Assembly: GCA_965228475.1 (NCBI GenBank)
Contig: OZ245817.1
Location: 1,888,001-1,952,000 of the forward strand
From: Myxococcota bacterium
GTDB lineage: Bacteria; Myxococcota_A; UBA9160; JAFDDA01
Direction of reading: 5' to 3'
Length of the DNA: 64,000 nucleotides
Shown here: piece by piece, positions 22,711 to 34,795 of the stretch
Layout: each line of letters starts with the position of its first letter
Position numbering within the stretch: the first letter of the stretch is position 1
Notes under the pieces: generated by a model
The model's database searches: none
The model's input: the letters and a program-made list of their open reading frames with translations, nothing else
What the model was told of the DNA's origin: nothing
Made by a program: the position numbers and the translations under genes

Positions 22711-23507
22711 GAATCGTGGAAGACGAGGAAGGGAAGGGGGCCGCGCCGAAGCGCCGCCGCCGCACCCGCGAGGAGCGCCGCCGCCAGCTCCCCGCGCTGC
22801 TGCCGAACCTGCTCACGACGGGGAACCTGGCCGCGGGCTTCTTCGCGATCACCCAGTCCGCGAGCGGCAACATCGACAACGCCGTCGTGGCGATCATCTT
22901 CGCCATGACCTGCGACCTGTTCGACGGCCGGGTCGCGCGCCGCGTCGGCGCCGAGAGCCCCTTCGGCGCCGAGTACGATTCCATCGCCGACGCCGTTTCC
23001 TTCGGCGTCGCGCCGGCGGTCCTGACGTTCCACTTCGGGCAGCTCCAGGAGCTCGGCTGGACGGGCTGGGTCGTGGCCTTCGCCTACATGGTGTGCGCGG
23101 CGCTCCGCCTCGCGCGCTTCAACGTCTCCTCGGGCCGCTACAAGAACTACTTCCAGGGCCTGCCGAGCCCGGCCGCGGCCGGCATGGTCGTCAGCACCGC
23201 CTGGTTCTTCTCGACGCTCCACGAGATGGGCGTCCAGACGCAGGTGCCCGCACTCTTCATCGCCATCGGCCTCGTGGGGCTCGGTCTGCTCATGGTCAGC
23301 AACATCCCCTACCGCAGCAGCAAGGGAGCCTCGGCCGGCGGGAACTCGGGCCGCTCGAACGTGCTCATGGTGATCGGCTTCGTGCTGGTCCTCGCGAAGC
23401 CCTCGGTCACGCTCTTCCTGATCGGCATCACCTACGTCTCGCTCGGGCCGCTCGAGATGCTCTGGCGCCGGCGGAAGGGCATCGCTCTGGAGGAGGTCGA
23501 CGCGTGA
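22707..23507 (+). CDS. pssA: CDP-diacylglycerol--serine O-phosphatidyltransferase
   Basis: LPNLLTTGN, DLFDGRVAR...FGAEYDSIADAVSFGVAP, LRLARFNV, FQGLPSPAAA. Follows psd. Confidence 0.93.
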   Translation: MRIVEDEEGKGAAPKRRRRTREERRRQLPALLPNLLTTGNLAAGFFAITQSASGNIDNAVVAIIFAMTCDLFDGRVARRVGAESPFGAEYDSIADAVSFGVAPAVLTFHFGQLQELGWTGWVVAFAYMVCAALRLARFNVSSGRYKNYFQGLPSPAAAGMVVSTAWFFSTLHEMGVQTQVPALFIAIGLVGLGLLMVSNIPYRSSKGASAGGNSGRSNVLMVIGFVLVLAKPSVTLFLIGITYVSLGPLEMLWRRRKGIALEEVDA

Positions 23508-25048
23508 GCGAGAAGATCCGCATCTTCGACACCACCCTGCGCGACGGCGAGCAGTCCCCGGGCTGCAGCATGAATCTCCAGGAGAAGCTCACGCTGGCCC
23601 GCCAGCTTCGCGACCTCGGCGTCGACATCATCGAGGCCGGCTTCCCGATCGCGAGCGAGGGCGATCTCGAATCCGTGAAGGCGATCTCCCACGAGATTCG
23701 CGAGCCGGTGATCTGCGCGCTCTCGCGCACGAGCCGCGCCGACGTCGAGCACGCCCTCGAAGCGCTCGGTCCGGCGGCGAAGCCCCGGGTGCACGTCTTC
23801 ATCGCGACGAGCGACATCCACCTCGAGCACAAGCTCCGCATGACCCGCGAGCAGGTCCTCGAGGAGGTCGACCGCGCCGTTCGCCAGGCCCGCCAGCACG
23901 TGGACGACGTCGAGTTCTCCGCCGAGGACGCCACGCGCTCGGACTGGGACTACCTGGTCGAGGTCTTCGACGCCGCCATCGCCGCCGGGGCCTCCACGCT
24001 GAACGTGCCGGACACGGTCGGCTACACGACGCCGAGCGAGTACCACGACCTGATCACCTTCCTGCGCAAGAACGTCTCCGAGGCGGATCGCGCCATCTTC
24101 AGCCTGCACTGCCACAACGATCTCGGCCTCGCCGTCTCGAACAGCCTCGCCGCGATCCGCGCAGGCGCCCGCCAGGTCGAGTGCACCGTGAACGGGATCG
24201 GCGAGCGCGCGGGCAATACGGCCATGGAAGAGGTCGTGATGGCCCTGAAGACGCGCCCGGACACCTTCGGCGGTCTCGACACGAACATCGACACCAAGGA
24301 GATCTGGCCGACGAGCCGGCTGCTCTCCTCGATCACGGGTGTCTCGGTGCAGCCGAACAAGGCCATCGTCGGCGAGAACGCCTTCGCCCACGAAGCCGGG
24401 ATCCATCAGGACGGCGTCCTCAAGAACAAGCTCACCTACGAGATCATGACGCCCGAGTCGATCGGACGGCCCTCGAACGAGCTGGTGCTCGGCAAGCACT
24501 CCGGGCGCCACGCCTTCCGGGAGCGGCTCGCGGAGCTCGGCCTGGCCATCGAGGGCGACGAGTTCGAGGCCGCGTTCAAGCGCTTCAAGGCGCTCGCGGA
24601 CAAGAAGAAGACCATCTACAACGAGGACCTCGAGGCGATCGTCTCCGACGCCGTCGGCCAGGACGACGACCGCTTCCAGCTCGGCGACCTCTCGATCGTC
24701 TCGGGCACCTTCGCGGCGCCCCACGCCACCGTGGAGCTCACCGTCGACGGCGAGGCGCGCAAGGCCACGGCCCAGGGCACCGGCCCCGTCGATGCCGTCT
24801 TCAAGGCGATCGCCGACCTCACGGCGACGAAGAGCGAGCTGCTGCGCTATCAGGTGAACGCGATCACGGCGGGCATGGACGCCCAGGGCGAAGTCTCCGT
24901 GACGCTGTCCGAGGACGGCCGGCGCGTGATCGGCCACGGCGCCCACACGGACGTGATCGTCGCGAGCGGCAAGGCCTACGTGCACGCCCTGAACAAGCTC
25001 GAGTGGCACAAACAGCGCCGCGGCGCCGCCGAGCCCCGCGGCATCTAG
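23504..25048 (+). CDS. leuA: 2-isopropylmalate synthase
   Basis: IFDTTLRDGEQSPG, HCHNDLGLA, NGIGERAGN, AHEAGIHQDG, LGKHSGRHA, C-terminal regulatory domain. Confidence 0.96.
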   Translation: MSEKIRIFDTTLRDGEQSPGCSMNLQEKLTLARQLRDLGVDIIEAGFPIASEGDLESVKAISHEIREPVICALSRTSRADVEHALEALGPAAKPRVHVFIATSDIHLEHKLRMTREQVLEEVDRAVRQARQHVDDVEFSAEDATRSDWDYLVEVFDAAIAAGASTLNVPDTVGYTTPSEYHDLITFLRKNVSEADRAIFSLHCHNDLGLAVSNSLAAIRAGARQVECTVNGIGERAGNTAMEEVVMALKTRPDTFGGLDTNIDTKEIWPTSRLLSSITGVSVQPNKAIVGENAFAHEAGIHQDGVLKNKLTYEIMTPESIGRPSNELVLGKHSGRHAFRERLAELGLAIEGDEFEAAFKRFKALADKKKTIYNEDLEAIVSDAVGQDDDRFQLGDLSIVSGTFAAPHATVELTVDGEARKATAQGTGPVDAVFKAIADLTATKSELLRYQVNAITAGMDAQGEVSVTLSEDGRRVIGHGAHTDVIVASGKAYVHALNKLEWHKQRRGAAEPRGI

Positions 25049-25069
25049 CCATTCCAGGAGAGAAACGCA

Positions 25070-26146
25070 TTGAGTCGCATTCTGCTGCTGCCGGGAGACG
25101 GCATCGGGCCCGAGGTCGTGCGCGAAGCGCGCCGGGTGCTCGACGTCGTCTCGGAGAAGTTCGACCTGAAGCTCGAGTACGAAGAGGGGCTGATCGGCGG
25201 CTCCGCCATCGACGCCGAAGGCACGCCGCTCTCGGACGAGACCGTCGCGCGCGCGCGGGGCTGCCAGGCCGTCCTGCTCGGCGCGGTCGGCGGCCCGAAG
25301 TGGGACGCGCTCCCGGTGGACACGCGCCCGGAGAAGGGTCTCCTGCGCATCCGCAAGGAGCTCGGGCTGTTCGCGAACCTGCGCCCGGCCAAGGTCTTCC
25401 CGGCCCTGGCGGCGGCCTCCTCGCTGCGGCCCGAGGTGGTCGACGGCATCGACCTGCTCGTCGTGCGCGAGCTGACCGGCGGCATCTACTTCGGCGAGCC
25501 GCGCGGGCGTGCCCTCGTCGACGGCCACCGCGAAGCGCGCAACACCATGGTCTACGACGAGATCGAGATCGCCCGCATCACGCGCGTGGCCTTCGAGGCG
25601 GCCCAGGGGCGGCGCCAGCACCTGACCCACGTCCACAAGGCGAACGTGCTCGAGGTCTCCCAGCTCTGGATGGAGGTGGTCGACGAGGTGGCGAAGGACT
25701 TCCCGGACGTGACCCTCGCGCACCAGCTCGTCGACTCCTGCGCCATGCTGCTCGTGCGCGAGCCCGCGCGCTTCGACGTGATGGTCACCGGAAACCTCTT
25801 CGGCGACATCCTCTCGGACGAGGCGGCCATGATCACGGGCTCCCTCGGCATGCTGCCCTCGGCGAGCCTCGGGGAAGGGGGCGTCGGCCTGTTCGAGCCG
25901 GTCCACGGCTCGGCGCCGGACATCGCGGGCCAGGACGCCGCGAACCCGCTTGCCACGATCCTCTCGGCCGCGATGCTCTGCGAGCACTCGCTGAACGCCC
26001 CCGAAGCGGCGCGCGCGATCGAAGGCGCGGTCTCGGCCGTGCTCGGGGCGGGCCATCGCACCGGCGACCTCGTGCTCGAGGGCGACACGACGGAGACCAT
26101 CGGCTGCCGCCGCATGGGCGACCTCGTGCTCGAACAGCTCTCCTAG
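25070..26146 (+). CDS. leuB: 3-isopropylmalate dehydrogenase
   Basis: [53 protein letters not shown] start with AGGAG SD. Confidence 0.96.
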   Translation: MSRILLLPGDGIGPEVVREARRVLDVVSEKFDLKLEYEEGLIGGSAIDAEGTPLSDETVARARGCQAVLLGAVGGPKWDALPVDTRPEKGLLRIRKELGLFANLRPAKVFPALAAASSLRPEVVDGIDLLVVRELTGGIYFGEPRGRALVDGHREARNTMVYDEIEIARITRVAFEAAQGRRQHLTHVHKANVLEVSQLWMEVVDEVAKDFPDVTLAHQLVDSCAMLLVREPARFDVMVTGNLFGDILSDEAAMITGSLGMLPSASLGEGGVGLFEPVHGSAPDIAGQDAANPLATILSAAMLCEHSLNAPEAARAIEGAVSAVLGAGHRTGDLVLEGDTTETIGCRRMGDLVLEQLS

Positions 26147-27159
26147 TGGGCGAGGTCGTCCAGCTCGTCCGGGTGGGCCTCGTCGGCGCGGCCGGCATGC
26201 TCGGCCGCGAGGTGCTCTCGGTGCTCGAGCGCCGCAAGGCGCCGGTGATGGAGCTCGTGCCCATCGGCAGCGAGGGCTCGGTCGGCGACGGCATCGACTA
26301 CCAGAGCGAGGATCTGCCCCTGCGCCCGCCGGAGACCGAGCTCAAGGGCCTCGACTGGGTCTTCCTGTGCGCGCCCGTCGAGGCCTCCCGCGAGCACGCC
26401 CGCCGCGCCCTGCACGCCGAGGTCCCGGCGCTCGATCTCTCGGGCGCCTTCGCGGCGGAGCCCGGCGTCGCGCTGCTCGACGTCGAGCGGCTGCCCGAGG
26501 AGCCGGCCCCCGAGGACGCCGCGCCGCTGGTCTCCGTGGCGGGCGGTGCGGCGCTCGCGATCTCCCGCGTCCTGGCGCCCCTCGACGCGGCGCTGCGCCT
26601 GACCGACGTCCAGATCACCCTGCTCGAGTCCGCCTCGACGGCCGGGCACCGCGCCTTCACCGCGCTCTCGACGGAGACCGTCGCGCTCCTGAGCCAGCAG
26701 GAAGCGCCGGAGCCCGAGGCCTTGCCGTGGCCCCTGGCCTTCGACGTCCACGCCGCCACGGACGAGGAGGACGTGGAAGGGCGGAGCGCCGCCGAGGCCG
26801 CGCTCGCGCCGCAGCTCGAGCGGCTCGTGCGGGAGGATCTCGACTTCGACTGCACGATCCTCCGCATCCCGACCTTCACCGGCGAGGGCGCCTTGCTCTC
26901 GCTCGGCTTCGAAGCCGCGACGAAGCCCGCGGACGTCGAGGCCTGTCTCGGCTCGGCCGCCGGCGTGGAGGCGCTCGGTGCGAACCCGGCCGCCCTGCGC
27001 ACGCGCGCGGCGACGGGTCGCGAGGACGTGCTCGTCGGCCGCGTGCGGCCGCAGCCCGCCGGCCGCATCCAGCTCTGGCTCGCTGCGGACACCCAGCGCC
27101 TGACCGCCGACAACGCGGTCCGCCTGGCGGAGCGCCGGAACCCCCGACCCACCGAGTAA
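26146..27159 (+). CDS. Aspartate-semialdehyde dehydrogenase-like protein (Usg-like; catalytic Cys/His apparently absent)
   Basis: Rossmann VGLVGAAGMLGRE, DLSGAF, ESASTAG, LAFDV, RIPTFTG, VLVGRVR, LWLAAD...NAV. Lies between leuB and truA. Confidence 0.8.
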   Translation: MGEVVQLVRVGLVGAAGMLGREVLSVLERRKAPVMELVPIGSEGSVGDGIDYQSEDLPLRPPETELKGLDWVFLCAPVEASREHARRALHAEVPALDLSGAFAAEPGVALLDVERLPEEPAPEDAAPLVSVAGGAALAISRVLAPLDAALRLTDVQITLLESASTAGHRAFTALSTETVALLSQQEAPEPEALPWPLAFDVHAATDEEDVEGRSAAEAALAPQLERLVREDLDFDCTILRIPTFTGEGALLSLGFEAATKPADVEACLGSAAGVEALGANPAALRTRAATGREDVLVGRVRPQPAGRIQLWLAADTQRLTADNAVRLAERRNPRPTE

Positions 27160-27161
27160 CC

Positions 27162-27908
27162 ATGCCGCGCTATCGCCTCGTCCTCGAGTACGACGGCTCG
27201 GACTTCCGGGGCTGGCAGAACCAGGCGCCGGGCGAACGGACCGTCCAGGGCACCCTCGAGGGCGTCCTCGCGAAGCTGACCGGGCAGGCGGTCTCCCTCA
27301 CCGGGGCCGGCCGCACGGACGCCGGCGTCCACGCGGAAGGGCAGGTGGCGAGCTTCGTCCTGCCGGAGGAGGGCTTTCCGGTCGAGCGCCTCGTTCCGGG
27401 CCTGAACTCGAACCTGCCCGACGACCTGGCCGTCCGGAGCGCGGAGATCGTCCCCAACGCCTTCGACCCGCGCCGGGACGCCCGCTCGAAGCACTACCGC
27501 TACGAGATCTGGAACGGCCCGGTCCGCTCCCCCCTGCGCCGCCGCCGCATGGCCTGCGTCCCGGAGCGCCTCGACCGCGGCGCCATGGCCCGGGCCGCGC
27601 GCGCCTTCGAGGGCAGCCACGACTTCGCCTCGCTCCAGAGCACCGGGAGCTCGGTCAAGACGACGAAGCGGACGATCCTGCGCTGCGAGCTGGCCGGGGA
27701 GGGCCATCACCTGCGGCTCGACATCGAGGGGACGGGCTTCCTGCGGCACATGGTCCGGACCCTCGCGGGGACCCTCGTCGAGGTCGGCCAGGGGCGCCGC
27801 AGCGCCGAGTCGATCCCCGAACTCCTGGCCGCGGCGGACCGCACCCGGGCCGGCCCGACGGCGCCCGCCTGCGGCCTCACCCTGGTCGCGGTGCGCTACG
27901 GGGCGTAG
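27162..27908 (+). CDS. truA: tRNA pseudouridine(38-40) synthase TruA
   Basis: LEYDGSDFRGWQ, GAGRTDAGVHAEGQV, FLRHMVRTLAG, GPTAPACGL. Confidence 0.96.
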   Translation: MPRYRLVLEYDGSDFRGWQNQAPGERTVQGTLEGVLAKLTGQAVSLTGAGRTDAGVHAEGQVASFVLPEEGFPVERLVPGLNSNLPDDLAVRSAEIVPNAFDPRRDARSKHYRYEIWNGPVRSPLRRRRMACVPERLDRGAMARAARAFEGSHDFASLQSTGSSVKTTKRTILRCELAGEGHHLRLDIEGTGFLRHMVRTLAGTLVEVGQGRRSAESIPELLAAADRTRAGPTAPACGLTLVAVRYGA

Positions 27909-27977
27909 GGTCCCGGCGAGCGGGGGCCGCCCCAGGGTTTCCCTCTTGAAATCGCGCGGTTAGGGCGGGAAGTGGCC

Positions 27978-28006
27978 TTGACGGCGCCCCGCCTCTGAGA
28001 TAAACA
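27978..28006 (+). promoter_or_regulatory. Putative sigma70 promoter of rplM-rpsI
   Basis: TTGACG (27978-27983), 17 nt spacer, TAAACA (28001-28006). Confidence 0.5.
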
Positions 28007-28073
28007 ACCGCCTTCCTCTCGAGATCGATCCGTTCCGACGCCGTCCCGGCGGCGAACGAAGGAGTGTTCCGCC

Positions 28074-28547
28074 GTGGGAGCCACTGCGCACCGCGCCACG
28101 AAGAGCCTGAAGCCGGCCGAGGCCGTTTCGCACTGGTACGTGATCGACGCCGAAGACGTCGTCCTCGGCCGCCTCGCCACGCGCGCCGCGACGATCCTGC
28201 GCGGCAAGCACCGCCCGGATTTCACGCCGCACGTCGATCACGGCGACGGCGTGATCGTCGTCAACTGCGAGAAGGTGAAGCTCACGGGCCGCAAGCTCGA
28301 ACAGAAGACGTACTACCGGCACAGCGGCTGGGTCGGTTCGATCAAGTCGACGACGGCGGGTGAAGTGCTCGCCGGGCCGTTCCCGGACCGCGTGATCCAC
28401 GCCGCCGTGAAGGGCATGCTCCCGAAGAACGCCCTCGGCCGGAAGATCATGGGCCGGCTGAAGATCTACAAGGGCCCGAACCATCCCCACGCGGCGCAGT
28501 CGCCCCAGGTGATCGAGATCGGCTCCAAGGAGAATTCGAATGGCTGA
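28074..28547 (+). CDS. rplM: 50S ribosomal protein L13
   Basis: WYVIDA...LGRLA...[38 protein letters not shown]. Confidence 0.97.
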   Translation: MGATAHRATKSLKPAEAVSHWYVIDAEDVVLGRLATRAATILRGKHRPDFTPHVDHGDGVIVVNCEKVKLTGRKLEQKTYYRHSGWVGSIKSTTAGEVLAGPFPDRVIHAAVKGMLPKNALGRKIMGRLKIYKGPNHPHAAQSPQVIEIGSKENSNG

Positions 28548-28932
28548 AGCGCTCGCCACGGCCACCGGCAAGCGGAAGACCGCGATCGCCCGCGTGCGGC
28601 TGCTCGCGGGGACGGGCAACGTCGTCGTGAACGGCCGCCCGGTGGACGAGTACTTCCCGCGCGACACGCTGCGCGGCATCGTGGCCCAGCCCATGGTCGC
28701 CACCAACGTGGTCGGCCGCTACGACGTGCACGCCAATCTCGACGGCGGCGGCATCGCCGGCCAGGCCACGGCCCTGCGCCACGGCATCGCCCGCGCCCTC
28801 GAGAAGCTCGACCCGACCCAGCGCACCACGCTGAAGAAGGCCGGGTATCTCACTCGAGACTCGCGCAAGAAGGAACGGAAGAAGTACGGCCAGCGCGGTG
28901 CCCGTGCGCGCTTCCAGTTCTCCAAGCGCTAG
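28540..28932 (+). CDS. rpsI: 30S ribosomal protein S9
   Basis: [46 protein letters not shown]. Confidence 0.97.
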   Translation: MAEALATATGKRKTAIARVRLLAGTGNVVVNGRPVDEYFPRDTLRGIVAQPMVATNVVGRYDVHANLDGGGIAGQATALRHGIARALEKLDPTQRTTLKKAGYLTRDSRKKERKKYGQRGARARFQFSKR

Positions 28933-28985
28933 GCCGAAGCGTCCCAGCGGGCGGCACGCCGCAAGGCACCGCCCCGAAAGAACCG

Positions 28986-29021
28986 ACGGGAGGCCGCACC
29001 ACGGCCTCCCGTTTTTCGTTT
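28986..29021 (+). terminator. Rho-independent terminator after rpsI
   Basis: Stem ACGGGAGGCCG / CGGCCTCCCGT with a 5-nt loop, followed by TTTTCGTTT. Confidence 0.85.
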
Positions 29022-29041
29022 CCCCTTCATCCGGACCCACC

Positions 29042-31817
<2,776 letters not shown>

Positions 31818-31909
31818 GAGCTGCGGAGCGGATTCTTCCGCGATTCCAAGCGCCTCGGCCGCTTGCGCACGCGCAAGGGCTGGGCGAAGGTTGCGGTTTC
31901 CAAGGACGA

Positions 31910-31985
31910 GGGACGCTAGCTCAGTTGGGAGAGCGCCGCCTTCACACGGCGGAGGTCACTGGTTCGAGCCCAGTGCGTCCCACCA
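31910..31985 (+). tRNA. tRNA-Val (anticodon CAC)
   Basis: Acceptor GGGACGC/GCGTCCC, D-arm GCTC/GAGC, anticodon arm CCGCC-TTCACAC-GGCGG, T-arm ACTGG-TTCGAGC-CCAGT, encoded CCA. Confidence 0.97.
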
Positions 31986-32003
31986 CTCGCCCACCACGGG
32001 ATC

Positions 32004-32077
32004 GGCCCAGTAGCTCAGCTGGATAGAGCACCTGCCTCCGGAGCAGGGGGTCGCAGGTTCGAATCCTGCCTGGGTCA
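32004..32077 (+). tRNA. tRNA-Arg (anticodon CCG), CCA not encoded
   Basis: Acceptor GGCCCAG/CTGGGTC, D-arm GCTC/GAGC, anticodon arm CCTGC-CTCCGGA-GCAGG, T-arm GCAGG-TTCGAAT-CCTGC. Followed by ACCC. Confidence 0.96.
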
Positions 32078-32206
32078 CCCGGGGCGAACGCCCCGTCGCC
32101 GCGCCCGATCCTTCACGAGCCGCCGAAATCCTTCGGCGCGGAACCGGCAAAGGTCCGCGCGGTGTCTGGACGATGCTAGATTGGTCCGATCGAGCCGGGA
32201 GGTGTG

Positions 32207-32458
32207 ATGCCTGCAGCCATTCGTCGAAGAGTCGTGTCCCTGGCCGCCGTCGTGGCGGTGGCACTCTCGCTCACGGTCGTTGCGCCGTCGGCGTCCGCGG
32301 ACGACTACGAGGCGGATCGCGCCGGCCATCCGATCCGGATCATTGCCTACGTCCTCCACCCGGTGGGCGTCGTGCTCGACTACCTGATCTTCCGGCCGGC
32401 CCACTGGCTCGGTCATCAGGAACCGTTCCAGACCCTCTTCGGCCACGAAGAACACTAA
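32207..32458 (+). CDS. Small secreted/membrane hypothetical protein
   Basis: SD GGAGG, signal peptide ending ASA-DD, then HPIRIIAYVLHPVGVVLDYLIFRPAHW. Host-like codon usage. Confidence 0.7.
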   Translation: MPAAIRRRVVSLAAVVAVALSLTVVAPSASADDYEADRAGHPIRIIAYVLHPVGVVLDYLIFRPAHWLGHQEPFQTLFGHEEH

Positions 32459-32521
32459 AAACGGCCCGGGTCCTCCGCCTCTTTCCTTGTTGGTCACGCC
32501 GGGTGCCGGTATGATCTTTGC

Positions 32522-33052
32522 ATGGCACTTGGCTCCCGTCGTCTCGGACGCGTCCTCCGCGTCCTGACGCTCCTCACATCGACGGCTTTCCTCCTCCCGG
32601 GCGCTGCTCCGGCCGAGGACCTCGTCCTGACGACGATGACCTACGTCGGGAGCGAGGGGGCGACCCGCGATCTCGTGCTGACGGCCGAGCGGGCGCGCAT
32701 CGCCCCGGGCGGGGACATCGCGCATCTCGAGGAAGTCGAGCTCGACGCGGCGGGGGACGACGGCCAGTCGAGCCTCGTCCTCACCTGCGACCGCGCCCAG
32801 CTCGACCTCGCCACGAGCGATTTCCACGCCGAGGGCAACGTCCGCGGCCGCACGGCCGACGGGCACAAGTTCCGCACCGAGCAGGCGCGCTTCCAGCACG
32901 CGAAACGAATCATCGACGGAGACGAAGCCGTCGACGTGATCGACCCTTCCGGTACGCGGCTCCAGGGCCGCGGCTTCCACTACGACGTGGGCGAGCGCAG
33001 GATGCGCATGCGCAACGCCGTGGTGACGGACTTCAGTGAGGATTTCGAGTGA
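32522..33052 (+). CDS. lptC: LPS export protein LptC-like
   Basis: N-terminal hydrophobic anchor. Beta-jellyroll-like strands (LTAERA, AEGNVRG, FRTEQ, LQGRGFHYD). Upstream of lptA/lptB. Confidence 0.75.
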   Translation: MALGSRRLGRVLRVLTLLTSTAFLLPGAAPAEDLVLTTMTYVGSEGATRDLVLTAERARIAPGGDIAHLEEVELDAAGDDGQSSLVLTCDRAQLDLATSDFHAEGNVRGRTADGHKFRTEQARFQHAKRIIDGDEAVDVIDPSGTRLQGRGFHYDVGERRMRMRNAVVTDFSEDFE

Positions 33053-34047
33053 TGCAGCGAACTCCGTTTCTTGGCCGGGCGCGAGTGATGCCCCGAACGT
33101 TCTCTTTGCTGCCGGCCAGTCTGGGCCTCGCGCTTTCGTTGCTGCTTCCGGTTGCGGCGCACGCCGCCGCGTCGATCGGCGTCGCGCCCTTCGAGCAGGT
33201 GGGCTCCGGCTCCTCGAGCGGCCTCGCGACCCAGCTGGCGGATCGCCTCGTCACGGCGGGCGTGGCCTGCACCGGCCCGGACCAGCTCGGCGTTCCCGCC
33301 GTCGCGAAGCCCGAGCCCGCCCAGGTCCAGGCCTGGGCCGAGACGCTCGACGTCGACGCCATCGTGTTCGGCCGCGTGACGGCCCTCGGCAGCCGTCAGA
33401 GCGTCGACGTGGAGTTGCGCTCGACGGAGACCGGCGAGGTCGTCTCCGTCCACGTCGCCGAGATCGAGAGCCCCGGCGACGTGACCGCGGCCGTGAACGA
33501 CCTGGCGAGCAAGGTGCTCGAGGGCGTCGCGGCCCTCGACGGCGCCACGACGGTCGCCGCGGCGGCACCGCCCCGCGCGGCCTCGGCGACGCCGCCCGTC
33601 GGCGCTCGCCCCTCGGCGGCGGCGCGTAAGAAGGACTCCGGCCTGTTCGGCAGCGGCTCGCCGCTGCGGATCACCTCGAAGGATCTCGAGGCGCGCCAGT
33701 CCGGCGGCGCCCGGCACATGATCTTCACGGATCAGGTGAAGGCCGTGCGCAGCGACATCACCCTGACCTCGAAGCGGCTCGACGCGTTCTACCCGAAGGG
33801 TGCGAGCCGGCCCGAGAAGCTCGTCGCCACCGGCAACGTGATCCTCCGCCGCAAGGACGGCGAAGCCCACTGCGACAAGATGACGTACCTCCAGGGCACG
33901 CAGCGCGTCCACTGCGAGGGCAACTCCGTGCTCGTGCGCGAGGGCGACCGCGCCCGCGGCGACAAGATCGAGTGGGACCTCGAGACCGACACGATCTTCG
34001 TCAAGGGCAACGCCGACGTGCTGCTCGCCGACGAGGAGGGGAGCTAG
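33052..34047 (+). CDS. lptA: LptA/OstA-domain protein with extra N-terminal alpha/beta (TolB-N/CsgG/FlgO-like) domain
   Basis: C-terminal PLRITSKDLE...IFTDQVKAVRSDITLTS...LVATGNV...EGNSVL...GDKIEWDL is LptA-like. N-terminal IGVAPFE...DAIVFGRVTALG...VDVEL domain and an Ala/Pro linker. Alternative start at 33088. Confidence 0.8.
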   Translation: MQRTPFLGRARVMPRTFSLLPASLGLALSLLLPVAAHAAASIGVAPFEQVGSGSSSGLATQLADRLVTAGVACTGPDQLGVPAVAKPEPAQVQAWAETLDVDAIVFGRVTALGSRQSVDVELRSTETGEVVSVHVAEIESPGDVTAAVNDLASKVLEGVAALDGATTVAAAAPPRAASATPPVGARPSAAARKKDSGLFGSGSPLRITSKDLEARQSGGARHMIFTDQVKAVRSDITLTSKRLDAFYPKGASRPEKLVATGNVILRRKDGEAHCDKMTYLQGTQRVHCEGNSVLVREGDRARGDKIEWDLETDTIFVKGNADVLLADEEGS

Positions 34048-34054
34048 CTCACCC

Positions 34055-34783
34055 GTGGCGGCCACCCTCGACGCATCCGGCCTGCGCATGCGCTACGGCG
34101 ACCGCGAAGCGGTCTGCGGGGTGGACCTCGACTGCCATTCGGGCGAGGTGGTCGGCCTGCTCGGCCCGAACGGCGCCGGCAAGACCACGACCTTCAACCT
34201 GATCGTGGGGGCGCTTCGCCCCACCGCCGGCAAGGTCCGCCTCGACGACACCGACATCACCGGCCTCCCCATGTACCGCCGGGCGAGGCTCGGGATCACC
34301 TACCTGCCCCAGGAGCCCTCGATCTTCCGCCGGCTCTCGGTGGCGGAGAACGTCGAGGCGATCCTCGAGCTCGTCGAGCCGAACCGCGGCCGGCGCAAGG
34401 CCCGCCTCGCAGAGCTGTTGGAAGAGCTCGGTCTGGCCGATAAGGCCGAGACGCGGGGGGACGTGCTTTCGGGCGGCGAGCGCCGGCGGGTGGAAATCAC
34501 CCGGGCTCTCGTGCTCGAGCCGAAGTTCATCCTGCTCGACGAGCCGTTCTCGGGGATCGATCCGATCGCCGTGATCGACATCCAGAAGATCGTCGAGCAG
34601 CTCAAGATGCGGGGGATCGGGGTCGTGGTCACGGACCACAACGTGCGCGAGACGCTGTCGATCTGCGATCGCGCCTACATCATCAAGGACGGCGTGATCC
34701 TGCGTCACGGCGCACCGGACGAGATCGCCGCCGACGCGACCGTCCGACAGATCTACCTGGGGGACAACTTCCGGCTCTCCTAG
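34055..34783 (+). CDS. lptB: LPS export ABC transporter ATP-binding protein LptB
   Basis: GLLGPNGAGKTTTF, YLPQEPSIFR, LSGGERRRVEI, LLDEPFSGIDP, TDHNVRETL, YLGDNFRL. Confidence 0.96.
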   Translation: MAATLDASGLRMRYGDREAVCGVDLDCHSGEVVGLLGPNGAGKTTTFNLIVGALRPTAGKVRLDDTDITGLPMYRRARLGITYLPQEPSIFRRLSVAENVEAILELVEPNRGRRKARLAELLEELGLADKAETRGDVLSGGERRRVEITRALVLEPKFILLDEPFSGIDPIAVIDIQKIVEQLKMRGIGVVVTDHNVRETLSICDRAYIIKDGVILRHGAPDEIAADATVRQIYLGDNFRLS

Positions 34784-34795
34784 CCGGTTCCAGCC

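Noticed and set aside
31910..32200. tRNA pair as the attachment site of an integrated element
   Set aside because: No integrase follows and I saw no extended duplicate of either tRNA 3' end; only an 8-nt CCCACCAC echo at 31990-31997.
32507..32522. Sigma54-like -24/-12 motif CGGTATGATCTTTGCA before lptC
   Set aside because: The GG-N10-GC spacing fits, but transcription would start inside the lptC ORF. A sigma70 -10 (TATGAT) giving a leaderless transcript explains it more simply.
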